Of a stretch of DNA of 46,337 nucleotides, positions 1 to 11,787 are shown one piece after another. The notes beneath the pieces are model-generated. The model was not told where the DNA came from. It did not search any database and saw only the letters and a program-made list of their open reading frames with translations. Source of the DNA: Sphaerodactylus townsendi (taxonomy: Eukaryota); contig NC_059441.1 of assembly GCF_021028975.2 (NCBI RefSeq), forward strand, positions 6,217,664 through 6,264,000, written 5' to 3'. How positions within the stretch are numbered: position 1 is the first letter of the stretch; the number at the start of each line of letters is the position of its first letter. Made by a program: the position numbers and the translations under genes.

Positions 1-26
1 CCCCCCCCATCACCCCCCCCCCCCCC

Positions 27-58
<32 letters not shown>

Positions 59-158
59 CCCCCCCCCCCCCCCCACCCCCCCCCCCCCCCATCCCCCCCC
101 CCCCCCACCCCCCCGATCTCCCCCCTGCCCCCTCCCCCCCCACCCCCCCCCCCCCCCA
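1..158. repeat. Poly-C low-complexity tract (possible sequencing or assembly artefact)
   Basis: Almost pure C runs interrupted by single bases, directly abutting half of a palindromic MITE. Confidence 0.8.
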
Positions 159-159
159 A

Positions 160-254
160 CAGCCCCTTCCAGCATGGCCAATTGGCCATGCTGGAAGGGG
201 CTGATGGGAATTGTAGTCCATAACATCTGGAGTGCCAAAAGTTCGCCACCATGG
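160..254. mobile_element. Palindromic hAT-type MITE, right portion only
   Basis: Near-identical to the right part of the complete copy at 14330-14475. Confidence 0.85.
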
Positions 255-329
255 CTCTAAGGTGCTACTGCTGGACTTGAGCCCCCCTCGGCGCCTGCCC
301 CAGGCCGGCCGGCCCCCGGCTCAGCGCAC

Positions 330-1178
330 CGCCCTTCCCGCCCTCGGCGGCTAAAAACCGTCCCTGCAGAAAAGTCAGCGCGGCCAGTTGTGGCTCGCCC
401 CCCCCCCCGCCCTGAGCGACTGACGACAGCTGCGGGTCTCACAGGTCTCACTGCGACGCAGCGTCTCCTGCTGCCTCCGGACGCGGGGTGGGGGGGGGGG
501 GACGGCAGCAGCAGCAGCTCCGGCGCTCTCAGGAGCCAGGCAGCGGGTGACACCCCCCCCCGCCCCGCATGCAGACGTCGCTCTCCCCCCCCCACCCCCA
601 CCCCGCGGTCCGGAGGCTCAATTCAGCCCCTTCCGCCCCCGCCCCCCCCCCGCTGCACAGGACGGCCCAGCCAGAGCGGCCCCCGCCCGGAGCCCCGCGC
701 CCGCCCGCCCGCCCATCAGGGACTCACCACCCGCCGGCGGAGGGGAGCCGCTCAGCAGAGGCCGGCGCTGGCAGGGCGTCCCGGGGCCCCGGGGGAAGCG
801 GCCCAGCGCCGCGGCATGTCGCTCGGCGGGCCCGACGAGGAAGGGCGGCTGCGGCGCTCCAGGCGCCCCCCCCCCCGCACGGCAGCCTCCTCCGGCGAGC
901 GAGCACGGACAGCCACTCACGCAGGGTTGCGTCCGGTCCCCCCGCCGCTCCGCTCGCCTGCCTGCCTGCCTGCCTGCCCGCCACCAATCAGAGCCCAGGA
1001 GGAAGTCCCGCCCCCCGCGGACTGAGGCGGTCCCCACGGCCTGCTTCCGGAAGTGCGCGTCTGGGCGGCGGAAGGGCTTCCGGGTCGGGTCAGGCGGTGT
1101 TTGTGGTGGCTGGTCGCGCTCGGTCGTTGGGGCCTCTTCCGTCGCCGCCGCCGCCTCCCCGCCGCCGCCGCCGCCGCC
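330..1178 (+). promoter_or_regulatory. CpG-island promoter and 5' UTR of MFAP1
   Basis: Very high CpG density; CCAAT at about 984; GC box at about 1008; palindromic double ETS/GABP site CTTCCGGAAGT at about 1044-1054; (GCC)n run ending in GCCGCCATG Kozak context. Confidence 0.75.
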
Positions 1179-4100
1179 ATGTCGGGCTCCAGCAGCGCCC
1201 TCATGAAGCAGCCCCCGATCCAGTCGACGGCCGGGGCCGTCCCCGTCCGCAACGAGAAGGGTAAGTGGGGGGCCGGGGCCTGGGCCTGGGCGGGGGCGGG
1301 CGGTCCCCTGGCCCCGGGGCGCCGGCATGGCTGTGCGGCCCGCCCGCCGACCGCGGCCCCCCGCTGCGCTGCTCTCCTCCCGCAGGGGAGATCTCCATGG
1401 AGAAGGTGAAGGTGAAGCGCTACGTGTCCGGCAAGCGGCCCGACTACGCGCCCATGGAGTCCTCCGACGAGGAGGACGAGGAGTTCCAGTTCATCAAGAA
1501 GGCGAAGGAGCAGGAGCTGGAGCCCGAGGAGAAGGACGAGGACCTGGCCAGCGACCCCCGCCTGCGCCGCCTGCAGAACCGCACCAGCGAGGACGTGGAG
1601 GAGAGGTCGGCCCCCGCCGGGAGGGAGGGGGGGAGGGAAGGGGGCACAGAGAGAGAGCGCGCTGGGAGCCCCCGGCAGAAGGGGGAGGGGGGAAGGGACC
1701 TCAACCCTATCACGGGGCAGCTTCTGGAGGGGCTTTGGCTTACGTCTGAGGTTGTATATTCTAGGCTGGCGAGGCACCGGAAGATCGTGGAGCCAGAAGT
1801 AGTGGGGGAGAGTGACTCAGAAGTGGAAGGCGAGGCATGGCGCATGGAACGAGAGGACACCAGCGAAGAAGAAGAGGAAGAAATTGATGATGAGGTACAG
1901 ATCTGGTTGCACTCCTCCTGGCTGTCCGTGTTCCTAGCTTTGAAGCTTGCAAGAAACAGAGTTATTCCAGAACCGTCAGAGGTTGGGCATTCATGCTGTT
2001 GCACTCATCTGAATTTCAGAGGTCTCTTTTTCTGCAGGAACAAGTTGTTCAATAACATAGCTTGTACCAAATCAGTAGCTGTCCATGGATTCTAACGGGT
2101 AGTGGTTCTCAGCACTAGGTATATGTGATCCTTGAGCTGAAGATGCTAAAGAACAATCTCAACTTTTATTTTATTGCATACATAACAAATCTCTCTTATG
2201 GAGCCACAGGGGCTTCATGCTTCACTTTCCCCTTTTGTTAGGAAATTGAGCGCCGCCGTAGCATGATGCGCCAGCGTGCACAGGAGCGGAAAAATGAGGA
2301 GATGGAAGTGATGGAGTTGGAGGACGAAGGCCGCTCTGGGGAGGAGTCAGAGTCTGAGTCGGAATATGAGGAATACACGGACAGCGAGGACGAGACTGAG
2401 CCCCGCCTTAAGCCAGTCTTTATCCGCAAGTAAGCACTGTTGTCTTTTAAGTAGCATATAACAGTCATCACCTGATTTCATTTCAGGATGGCAACAGAAG
2501 GGACAGGGAATCTGCCTCGGAAGAATTCCCTTTTTTGTAACAATAACACAGGTTTTTTTGTTGGCAGCATAGGAGGCTCTGGAATTTCCCAAAAGAGGCT
2601 GGGTGGGAAAGTAGATTGATGAACAGAATCTAGAAGACAGTTTCATTGCTGTTTTCGGGCTTAACAAGCATAGGGCTCACCAAAAATGTCTGCTGCAGGA
2701 AGGACCGAGTTACAGTCCAGGAGCGAGAGGCAGAAGCACTGAAGCAGAAAGAATTGGAGCAGGAGGCCAAGCGGATGGCTGAGGAGAGGCGCAAATACAC
2801 GCTTAAGGTAACAGTAAAATAGTGAATTCTTGCATGAGAGTGAGAGAGAAAATTGTAAGATGGATTTGTAATTGGTTGACTGACAGAACACAAAGGGTGC
2901 TCACCAAAAATTCTTCTTCATCCTGGAGAGAACTGATTAACCTTGTTTTGTTTTAAAATTTTGTCCTGTTTTATATGCCAATAAAGGCTTGTGTTTAAAA
3001 AAAACTGATTAGCAGGGTGCTACAGGATTTTGTCCTGGGCCCAGTGCTATTCTGTATTTTTATTAACAACTTGGATGATGAAATAGAGGACATACTACCG
3101 GTAATCGAATTTGCAGATGACACCAAAGTAGGAAGGGTAGCTAATGCCCCAGAGAACAGGGTTAGAATTCAAAATGACCAGGACAAATTAGAGCTGAACC
3201 TAAGCTAACAAAATTAATTTCAATAATTGTAAGATACTGAGGCAGAAAAAATGAAATGCACAGATATAGGATGGGGGCACCTGGCTTGACAACAGTACAT
3301 GCAAAAGGGTTCCAAGAGTCTTAGTAGACCGCAAACTGAACATGAATCAGCAGTTTGGTGTAGCCGCCAAGAAAGCCAATGCAATTCTGGGATGCATCAA
3401 TAGGAGTATAGTGTCTAGACCCTAGGGGCATAATATTCTGCATTGGTCAGACCTCACCTGGAATACTGCATCCAGTTTTGGACACAATTGAAGGATATTG
3501 CCAAGGTGGAGTGGGTCTAGAAGAGGGTGACCAAAATGGTAAAAGGTCTGAAATCCATGCTGTATGAGAAGAGACTTGGAAAGCTGGATATGTTTAGTCT
3601 GGAGAAGAAAGGGTTAAGGGATGACCTGATAGCCATGCTTAAATATTTGAAAGGATGTCATGTTGAAGATGGAGCAAACTTGTTTTCTGCTGCTTCAGAG
3701 ACTAGGACAAGAAGTAATGGAGACAAATTATGAGAAAAGAGGTTCTACCTAAACATTAGGAAGAATTTCCTTACAGTAAAGGAAATTCGACAGTGGAATA
3801 CAATGCCTTGGAGTGTGCTGGAGTCTCCTTGGGAGGTTTTTCAACAGAGGCTGGATGGCCATCTGTCAAGAGTGCTTTGATTGTGTCTTCCTGCACGGCA
3901 GGGGTTGGACTGGATGGCCCTTGTGGTCTTTTCCAACTCTTTGATTCTATCATTCGATTAGAAAACTCACCCTATTGCTTGGCAATGCAGATTGTAGAAG
4001 AAGAAGCCAAGAAAGAATTGGAGGAAAACAGGCGCTCCCTGGCTGCCCTCGATGCTCTGGACACCGACGATGAAAATGATGAAGAAGAATATGAGTCATG

Positions 4101-6667
4101 GAAAGTGCGGGAGTTGAAGCGCATCAAGCGAGACCGTGAGGAGCGGGAAGCGTAAGTGCACTCATCCCATGCCCTATCTGTGAAGAATGCCTTAGGGAGC
4201 TGGGGATGTTTGGTATGGAAAAGAGAAGGTTAAGGGGGAGCATGGTATCCGTGTTTAAAAATTGGAATGGATGTCATGTTGAAGAAGAAGCAAGCTTGTT
4301 TCCTTCTGCACCAGAGACTAGGGCATGGTGGCGGGCTGATGGGAATTGTAGTCCATGAACATCTGGAGAGCCGCAGGTTGCAGACCCCTGGACTAGGACA
4401 AGGACTAATGGATTCAACATGCAGGAAAAGAGATTCCACCTAAACATTAGGAAGAATTTCTTCTTGATGGTCAGGGCTGTTCGATAGTGGAATACACAGC
4501 AGCTTGTTTCTGCTGCGCCAGAGATTAGGATATGCAGACTACTAGGGCCTAGAGAAAACATTAGGAAAAACTTTCTGACAGTAAAGGTTGTTTGACACTG
4601 CCTTGGAGGGTGGTAGAGTCTCCTTCTGTGGAGGTTTTTAAACAGAGGCTGGATGGCCATCTGTCAGGAGTGCCTTGATTGTGTATTCCTGCATGGCAGG
4701 GGTTGGACTGGATGGTCCTTGTGGTCTCTTCCAACTCTGATTCTGTGAAAATAAGGGAGTAATATGTGGGGGCTGCCTTCTGGACAGGTGATATTCCGTT
4801 CATGTCATCAAAAATCTATTATGGAAAGAATATCAGTGGAGAAGTCTGATGGTGTTTGTATTTTTTTCCCCCTTTGGTCTGCTAGAGGCCAGGTTTGGCT
4901 TAAAAAGCAGGACAAAAATAGCAAGAGTGTGTTGCTTGGAAACCTTCACTTCACAACTAGATAATGCAGAAAAAAGATGCAAGTATAACCCAATTTTTAA
5001 AAAATCAAAAGCTCAGTTAACTTAATTCCATTAGTTTTTAATTTGGTTACTGTGAACATCTTTTTTTCAGCATTAAAATGTACATAAAAGCAAACATATT
5101 AATGCTGACACAGCATTTTAAATGTTAATCAGAACTTCTGTCAACATACTGAGAAAGAAGCAGGTTTTAAACGTAGAACATGTTCAGCATCCAACACGGA
5201 TGACAATAGAAGGCATATTACATCATTGTGTAAATTGCAGCAGACTATTTTTCTGCTCTCATTACCAGTCTTGCTTCTAGATAATTCTGAGTACTAATCT
5301 TTAGGCAGATAGATGTCTGATTACAGCAGAAGCTTCAGAAGCAGTTGTCAGAGCAACTGGTTGTCATGCACGCTTAGTACTCGGGAAATGCATCCATTAG
5401 TCGGAGAGCTGATTCAAGAGTGATTTTCATTGGCTTTTTCCCTTCTCGTTGGCTTTTGTAAGTCGCTCAGACCTGGCCGCAGGGGCAGGCATAGTGAGAT
5501 CGTCTACACAGACTGAAGTTTTCCTTCCTATAGGTTAGAGAAGGAAAAGGCCGAGATTGAGCGGGTACGGAACCTGACTGAGGAGGAACGTCGAGCAGAG
5601 CTCCGCGCAAACGGCAAAGTCATCACCAACAAGGCAGTCAAGGGCAAATACAAATTCCTGCAGAAGTACTACCACCGCGGGGCCTTCTTCATGGTATGCG
5701 GGGAGAGAACCCCAGACTTTGTCTACAGACAGTTCTTTCTGCTGTAACTATTCACTTTTGAAGCTTCTTGCTTCTGGAATGCGATGGGAGCTGTGTTGAG
5801 TTTGGTGTGTGCCTGATGGCTTTGCAGCTGGGTGGGAAAAGAGGGTTATCTTAAGAACTGGCCCCTGCTTGTCTAGACTAGCCGTGGGGTCACCTTCCTC
5901 CGACACCTACCTTGGAAATGAGAAAATGTGTAAAAGCAAGGCCCCCCTACTGATATCTGACTCATAATTCCCCAGGATGAAGACGAAGACGTGTACAAGA
6001 GAGACTTCAGTGCCCCAACTTTGGAGGATCATTTCAACAAGACCATCTTGCCAAAAGTCATGCAAGTGAGTGTAAAGAAAGAGCATTTCAGGGGGGAGGG
6101 AATCACTGCCTATGTTCTAACTGGGGGCTGCAGCTGACTTTTGTTTTCCCATATGTATGCATACTACACCCCCCCCCCCCCAAATGCCTGGGCCTTTACT
6201 CAAATCTTATGTGTTTATTTGACATATTAGTAGTAGTACTATTTCACAGCTGGAATCAACTGGTTTTCTGGGCTGCGTGGCTGTGGTCTGATAATTTTTC
6301 CTCATAACATTTTGCCCTCACTCATGGCTAGGATCTTCGTACTGTGACCTGCCTCTGAAGATGCCAGCCATAGACACGTGCAAAATGTTAGCAGCAAAAA
6401 CTGCTGGAGCACAGAACACCCAAGCAGGCTGTTCACTTGATCAATACTTTTCCTTTCTCTTCAAAATTCTCTTCTGCTGTCCAGGTTAAGAACTTTGGCC
6501 GTTCTGGGCGAACAAAGTACACGCACTTGGTGGACCAAGATACAACCTCCTTTGACTCTGCCTGGGGCCAGGAGAGCGCACAAAATACCAAGTTCTTCAA
6601 GCAGAAGGCGGCAGGGGTGCGAGATGTCTTTGAGAGACCTTCTGCCAAGAAACGGAAGGTTAACTGA
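1179..6667 (+). CDS. MFAP1: Microfibrillar-associated protein 1 (spliceosomal B-complex protein, Spp381 homologue), 440 aa, 9 coding exons
   Basis: Exons 1179-1260, 1386-1605, 1765-1894, 2242-2429, 2699-2807, 3991-4151, 5534-5693, 5976-6065, 6485-6667. All introns are GT-AG with consistent phases; total 1323 nt. Translation [50 protein letters not shown]...[19 protein letters not shown]...[12 protein letters not shown] is nearly identical to recalled vertebrate MFAP1. Confidence 0.97.
2893..3950 (+). mobile_element. CR1 LINE 3' fragment (degenerate RT C-terminus) in MFAP1 intron 5
   Basis: Broken reading frames [22 protein letters not shown] and [16 protein letters not shown]; typical CR1 3' end ...ttccaactctttgattctat. 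Confidence 0.9.
4175..4745 (+). mobile_element. CR1 3' fragment(s) with an internal partial duplication and an inserted half-MITE (4324-4390)
   Basis: Similar to 3550-3950; the segment gcttgtttc..ccagaga..taggaa occurs twice; the MITE half is flanked by gactagg on both sides. Confidence 0.85.
6252..6425. mobile_element. Penelope-like element fragment arranged as an inverted pair
   Basis: ggttttctgggctgcgtggctgtggtctg...ctctgaagatgccagcc; related to 8652-8742 and 32080-32172. Family assignment is from recall. Confidence 0.55.
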
Positions 6668-8179
6668 AGGGTGAAGATCCGAGTATGACATGTTGCCATG
6701 TTGGGCAAGAACTCTTCCCCTCCTTTACTTGGAGGCCAAATCTCCTTGGCTCCCTCCCTTGTAGTGGAACCACCAGTCAGCACCAGCTCAGTAGGCTCTT
6801 GGACCCCCTGCAGAAGAACTGGCGACAGGGCACGTCCTGTTCTTTGTGTGGTGTGTGGGCGCACTTTCTGGGCAGACTGTACATTATCTTCTGTTCTTTA
6901 TGTCGGGGTAATGGGGAAAAAGCAGGATGAAACCATATTAAAGTGTTTTTTTTCCTTTTACACTGCTGTTGCTGTGCTGCTTAGTGGTGGGAAAGAGGAG
7001 ATACTGCAGGAGCCGCAACTAAGGCCTGCTGGTGGCAGACGATGGTGTGACACAAGAATGATGATCTCAGTTGCTCATGTGAACACTCAGCAAGGGCAGG
7101 GAGAAATGCCCAGAAGCATTCAAGCTGACCTTCCTGAAAGGCTCAGTGACCAGAGACGGTTCCCCCTTCATTCACAGCAGGGCTGTGCTCAGTTCCATAA
7201 GTCTTCTTACAGTTAGAGAATTTTAGAGCAGGTCAATAATGAGATAAGAACGGCTACCGAATGAGAAAGTATACGTTTGTGTGACTGATATCAGAATCTC
7301 CACACACGTTAGTAGCAAAGCTGTGGGTAAAATTCAAAAATAAAAATAAAATCTGCATAATACCTTTAACTCTAGCTGCCAAAGTGACACAGCTAAATGC
7401 AAGTTGTCAAGTTCTCCTCAGCAGACTGGAAGTAATAAAAAATAATCTCAGGGAGCAAAAAAGATAAGATCTTAAGAGTTACTCCAGCCACAGTCCAGTT
7501 TAAAGGCCAAGGGTGGTTGGATCAGTGGCAAATTTCAGTACTAGAGATGAAGCAGTGCTAGAGATGGTGCAATCAGCACAAGGTTTTGCCCAAAGACCAC
7601 CAAGCGCTTCTTTGCTTTCAGGTTCCACAGGATTCAACGACCTTATACCTGATGTTGGGATCATTTGAACATCACTGCCTTTCTTTTTCCAACAGCAAGG
7701 ATACATTTTTTGCTATTTGCTCTCAGGCCAGAAGTGCACTGAACAGCAACACCATTACAAACCTCTGTTCAGCATTTTACACACAGTGTAAGACATGTCT
7801 GTCCCCACTTGATTCATTTCAATAACAAGGACCAACTCTTTGAATCATGACAACAGAAATCTACCCCAGCCTCTTCTCTCATATATATATAGTTTTTGTA
7901 ACATGCAGCCTGATTAAATTTGCACACTGTTTTGTTTTATAGTATGTTTTATTAAGCCAACAAAAAGTTATTTTGGACATTAATAAGGAGGTTCCATTAA
8001 TGTGAAAGAGATAACAGGTCTCTTTCTATCACCACTCCCGCCCTGAGAAGGGAAAGGTCACACAGTGGATCCTGTTCAATCCTGTATGAACCACATTATT
8101 CCAGTAGCTTCAAAGCAATGAGTACCACATGCTGAGAAAAGGCAAAGTTCTTTCATTTCCTCACTTTGTCAGTCAGCTC

Positions 8180-11063
8180 TCAATTGGTGAGCGTGATCAG
8201 TGCCTCCACTACGTTTCCCAAGTGCTCTCGTAAGCTGCGCTCTGCTGCTGCCCTGGATATCTCCATCTCATTCATCTATCAGGGAAATGGAAGGAAAACT
8301 GTCATTGAGGCTGCATCTGTCATGTGACGCTTGAAGAGAACTGTTCTCATGCACCACCAGCAAAACAACGACTCACAATTAGCTCCAAGTCTTCTTTCTT
8401 GATGGTAACTTTGGCCAATTCCTTCTCTCTGAAAGCAAAACAAACAAAATCTGTTTAGGGCCCCCAGATAGCATCCCACTCCACGATCAAGCAATGCAGG
8501 CCCTACAGCGATGTTTCACAGCCTCTCGTTTGCATTTGGGCTTGCAGCCCCATGAGCAGAGGCAGAATTCTGGTGCTGCACCAATGGAACTCATAGTAAG
8601 GATTTATGGCCAAAGTATGGTAGAAGGCTTTCACAACTCGAATCAACTGGATGGTGGGTTTTCCAGACTGTGTGGCCGTGGTCTGGTAGTTTTAGCTTCT
8701 TAGGAGCTAAAACTACCAGACCACAGCCGCAAAAACCCACAGCCAATTTATGGCCAGACTCATTTCTTAACATTTGAAACATGTATATCGTGCTTCTACC
8801 AGTTAAACTGGTGAAAACTGCTGCCACTTCATGAAAAATGCAAACGTTGTCTCGAACTTGGCTGTAGCTACAAGGATCTGCTTTGGTGCCAAGTCATGTT
8901 CATAGGCTGTGGCTGGCGCACCTGGCAGCTCTTACCAGGGTGGCTGAGAAAGTTGCCGACATGCCTGCTCAGTGAAAGGAAGAACTCACCGCTCCTGTTT
9001 TGCTTTCTGCTCCCTGGATCTTCGGTCTCCGATCACAGACATAGCCTATGGGGGGAGGAAATTCCAGAATGTGTTAAGAACTCAACAAGGGTCTACCAGA
9101 CAATCCACAGGAGATCTCTTAGAGGAGTCGTGGTCCATTTAGTGTAGCATCCCCTTTCCAGCAGTGGGTGCTCACAGGGAAGCCCTCAGTAGAGCCTGCC
9201 AGTTGCTCCCCAGCATGTCACAGTCAGAGGCCGGGTGCATATAAAACGGTTTGGCTACCACAGCTAACAGCCCTACGTCTACCCAACCCCCTTTTTAAAG
9301 CCCATCTCAACTAGTGGCTGTCACCTTGTTCGTGGCAACAAGCCCCACAAGTTGTGTGAAGGAGTCAGGCATCCATGTGATACACAATGACCTCCAGTTG
9401 CAAATGAAAAGTTATCTCTGTGTCTGCATCACCGTTATGTAAACATCATCACGTCACCCCCACAATTGCTGTTATTAAAACTAAAAAGCGCCAGGTAAAT
9501 TTTTCTACACTGTTTTCAGCATTCCAACACCCTTTTTAAGATATGGCACCCCAAACTGTACACAGTATTCCAAACGAGGCCTCGCCAAGGGGGGAGGGGC
9601 TGTATAAGGACAGTCGTGTACCCATGCGAACAGAAAATGACCCCCCTAAAAATATTATATACACATAATTGTAAGTTGCTTGAGAATGTGAAATGATCCC
9701 TTCTATTTTTTTAACAGCATATCTGGGGCAAAAAGTATACTTGTAGTTGAATAAATACTGCATATTTTCAAGTTTCATTATCAGTTCCTTGCCTGATGGT
9801 TCCCAGCATGGAATTTGCCTTTTTTTTATTCACAGCCGCTCACAGATAACATTTTTGTCAATCTATCCAACCACAATCACAAGGCATTTTTTTTGGTCTG
9901 TGATCACCAATTCAAATCCCACTGGTGTGTACATGAAATTCAGACTCATTGTCCCAATGTGCATCACTCTGCATAGACTTGCCCTGAATTTCATCTTCTA
10001 TTTTGTTGCCCATCCACACAATGACAAGAGTCCTTCAGCAGCTCCTCAAGATGTGTTTCCACTACCCTGAACAACTGAGTGCCAATTGTGAACTTTGCTC
10101 CCTCACTGTGTTCCATGTGCTTTATGGAAAAAACCCTAACCCACACCAGCTCCGACAGGTGTCTTTTGGGGCTCTACAGCTTGCCTCCCTCCACTATGAA
10201 AACTGTCCATTTATCTCCACCTTCTACCCCCTCTTCTATACTCAGGTACCCATTCAGGAAAGAACAAATGATCTTATCTGTGTCAAAACCTTTGGTTAGG
10301 AACCCGGCCAAACACTTTCGGAAGTCCGGGCATTCGGTGTCTCTTGGTTGCCGGCGGCACTGGAAGCACCCCAAGCAGCTGGCAGAGCAGGACTCTCCCC
10401 CCCGCCCCCCACGCCGCACAGAGGCCCAGCAGCGGCAGAGTCGCTCGTCCGGCCACCGGTCTGTCGCAATCAGCGCCTTCAGGCGGAACGGATGCGCAGC
10501 CCACGGGCGGCGGCTGCGCAGGTGCACCGGGGACGCTGCGCCGCTCTCCAGCCTTCCAGCCCTGAAGACTGGAGCGGGGCCGCCCGGCGCAGCCTCAGCA
10601 GAAGACGGACCCCTCCCGCGGGCGGGGGGGGGGGAGGGCTCCGGCTGGGCCTGGCCGGGGGGAGGGGCTGAAGAAGTGGCTGCAGCTCGGACAGGCGCCC
10701 CGCCCCCGCCGCCCCGGCCGAGACTGAAGGCTTCTGACGGGCATGAGCTGGGGGGGCGGCGGCTTCTCCCCCTCCCCTCCCCTCCCCTCCCCCCGCCGCG
10801 GCCAGAGCGGAAGCGCCCCTCCACCCCCACCCCCCGGCCGGCCGGCCGGCCCGGTCCCCTCGGGGGCGCATGCGCGCGCGCACCGTCTCCAGGTTGGAGC
10901 TCTGAATCTCCTTCTCCTCCGCGTAGTCGGTGACGCGCTCCAGGTCGGCCGCGCCGCTGTCGTGCTTCCGCGGCTTCTCGGCCGGGCGGCCCCCATCGCC
11001 GCCGCTCGCCGACCCGTTGGGCTCCGCCTCCAGCTCCAGCTCCACATCGCCCTCCGCCGCCAT
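8180..11063 (-). CDS. HYPK: Huntingtin-interacting protein K (NatA-associated regulator/chaperone), 127 aa, 4 coding exons
   Basis: Minus-strand exons 11063-10884, 9045-8990, 8428-8377, 8275-8180; GT-AG, phases consistent. Translation MAAEGDVELELE...KPRKHDSGAADLERVTDYAEEKEIQSSNLET|AMSVIGDRRSREQKAKQER|EKELAKVTIKKEDLELI|MNEMEISRAAAERSLREHLGNVVEALITLTN*. Minus-strand AATAAA at 7948-7953. Confidence 0.97.
8652..8742. mobile_element. Penelope-like inverted-repeat (hairpin) fragment in HYPK intron 2
   Basis: gtggtctggtagttttagct is followed closely by its reverse complement agctaaaactaccagaccac; the arms match the element at 32080-32172. Confidence 0.6.
9535..10330 (-). mobile_element. Old, degraded CR1/L3-like LINE fragment in HYPK intron 1
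   Basis: Reverse complement resembles the CR1 RT 3' region (ccaaactgtacacagtattccaaa; cccagcatggaatttgcc; gaatttcatc); no intact ORF. Confidence 0.55.
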
Positions 11064-11480
11064 CGCTCGCTCCGCCGGCCGCCGCTTCCGTCGCCCGCGG
11101 TGACGGACTTCCGGAAGCGCGCCTTGGACGAGGGGCTGGCCCAGGGCTCTGCAAGCCGCGGCTCGCCGGATGTTCACGGACTACAACTCCCATCAGCCCC
11201 TGCCAGCATGGCCCATTGACCGTGCTGGCAGGGGCTGATGGGAATTGTAGTCCATGAACACCTTCTGGAGAGCCGCAGGTTGCAGAGGCGCAGCAGGCCC
11301 GAAGGCGGCCGGGCTTCCTTTTCCCTGCTGGGGCTGCCGGGCGGTCGTCTGTGTGGCGCAGGGCCGAGGAGGAGAGGCTCGCGGCGACGACACGGAGCCC
11401 TGCAGGGCAGGCCGGGCCGTCCTGCTCCGCTGGTCCAATGGGATGCTCCAGCGGCGGGCAGATGTGCTGCTCTGAGAATA
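10330..11480 (-). promoter_or_regulatory. CpG island / promoter of HYPK
   Basis: CpG-dense; palindromic ETS site ACTTCCGGAAG at about 11108-11118; NRF1-type GCGCATGCGC at about 10866; ACTACAnnTCCCA motifs at 11180-11192 and 11239-11251. Confidence 0.7.
11142..11292. mobile_element. Palindromic hAT-type MITE (cagg..tctgcaa TIR subfamily) in the HYPK proximal promoter
   Basis: Same self-complementary core (ggactacaa.tcccatcagcccctgccagcatgg..) as the other copies; about 80 bp upstream of the HYPK ATG. Confidence 0.85.
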
Positions 11481-11627
11481 TGATGGGGGGGGGGGGTCTG
11501 AGGGGATAATAAAGGTGCGACCTGAATCAGTGTTTGGTAAAATTGGCTTTGCCCCGATGGTCTCGGGCTCATGTTCCTTAATAAAGACCACTGAATCAAG
11601 AACCGGAGTCTGATTATTGGACTCAGC

Positions 11628-11765
11628 CAAGGGTCTTCAAACTATGGCCCTCCAGATGTTCGTGGACAACAATTCCCATCAGCCCCTGCCAGCATGACCA
11701 AGTGGTAAGGCTCATGGGAATTGTAGTCTATGAACATCTGGAGGGCCATAGTTTGAAGACCCCTG
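11628..11765. mobile_element. Palindromic hAT-type MITE (ca.gggtcttcaaactatggccc TIR subfamily)
   Basis: TIRs gggtcttcaaactatggccctccagatgttc / gaacatctggagggccatagtttgaagaccc; shared core with a central deletion. Confidence 0.85.
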
Positions 11766-11787
11766 CTTTCCGGTTCCGAACATTGGG

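Noticed and set aside
257-1777. Many long overlapping ORFs (200-290 aa) on both strands around the MFAP1 5' end
   Set aside because: P/G/R/A-rich translations expected from a stop-poor CpG island; no recognisable domain other than MFAP1 exons 1-2.
6698-7216. 172-aa ORF just downstream of the MFAP1 stop
   Set aside because: Starts at TTG, has no recognisable homology, and spans the likely poly(A) signal (ATTAAA at 6937-6942).
10079-11630. Long ORFs of 230-340 aa at the HYPK CpG island, including a GTG-initiated N-terminal extension of HYPK
   Set aside because: GC-rich artefacts; the extension begins inside a MITE and HYPK homology starts at MAAEGDVELE.
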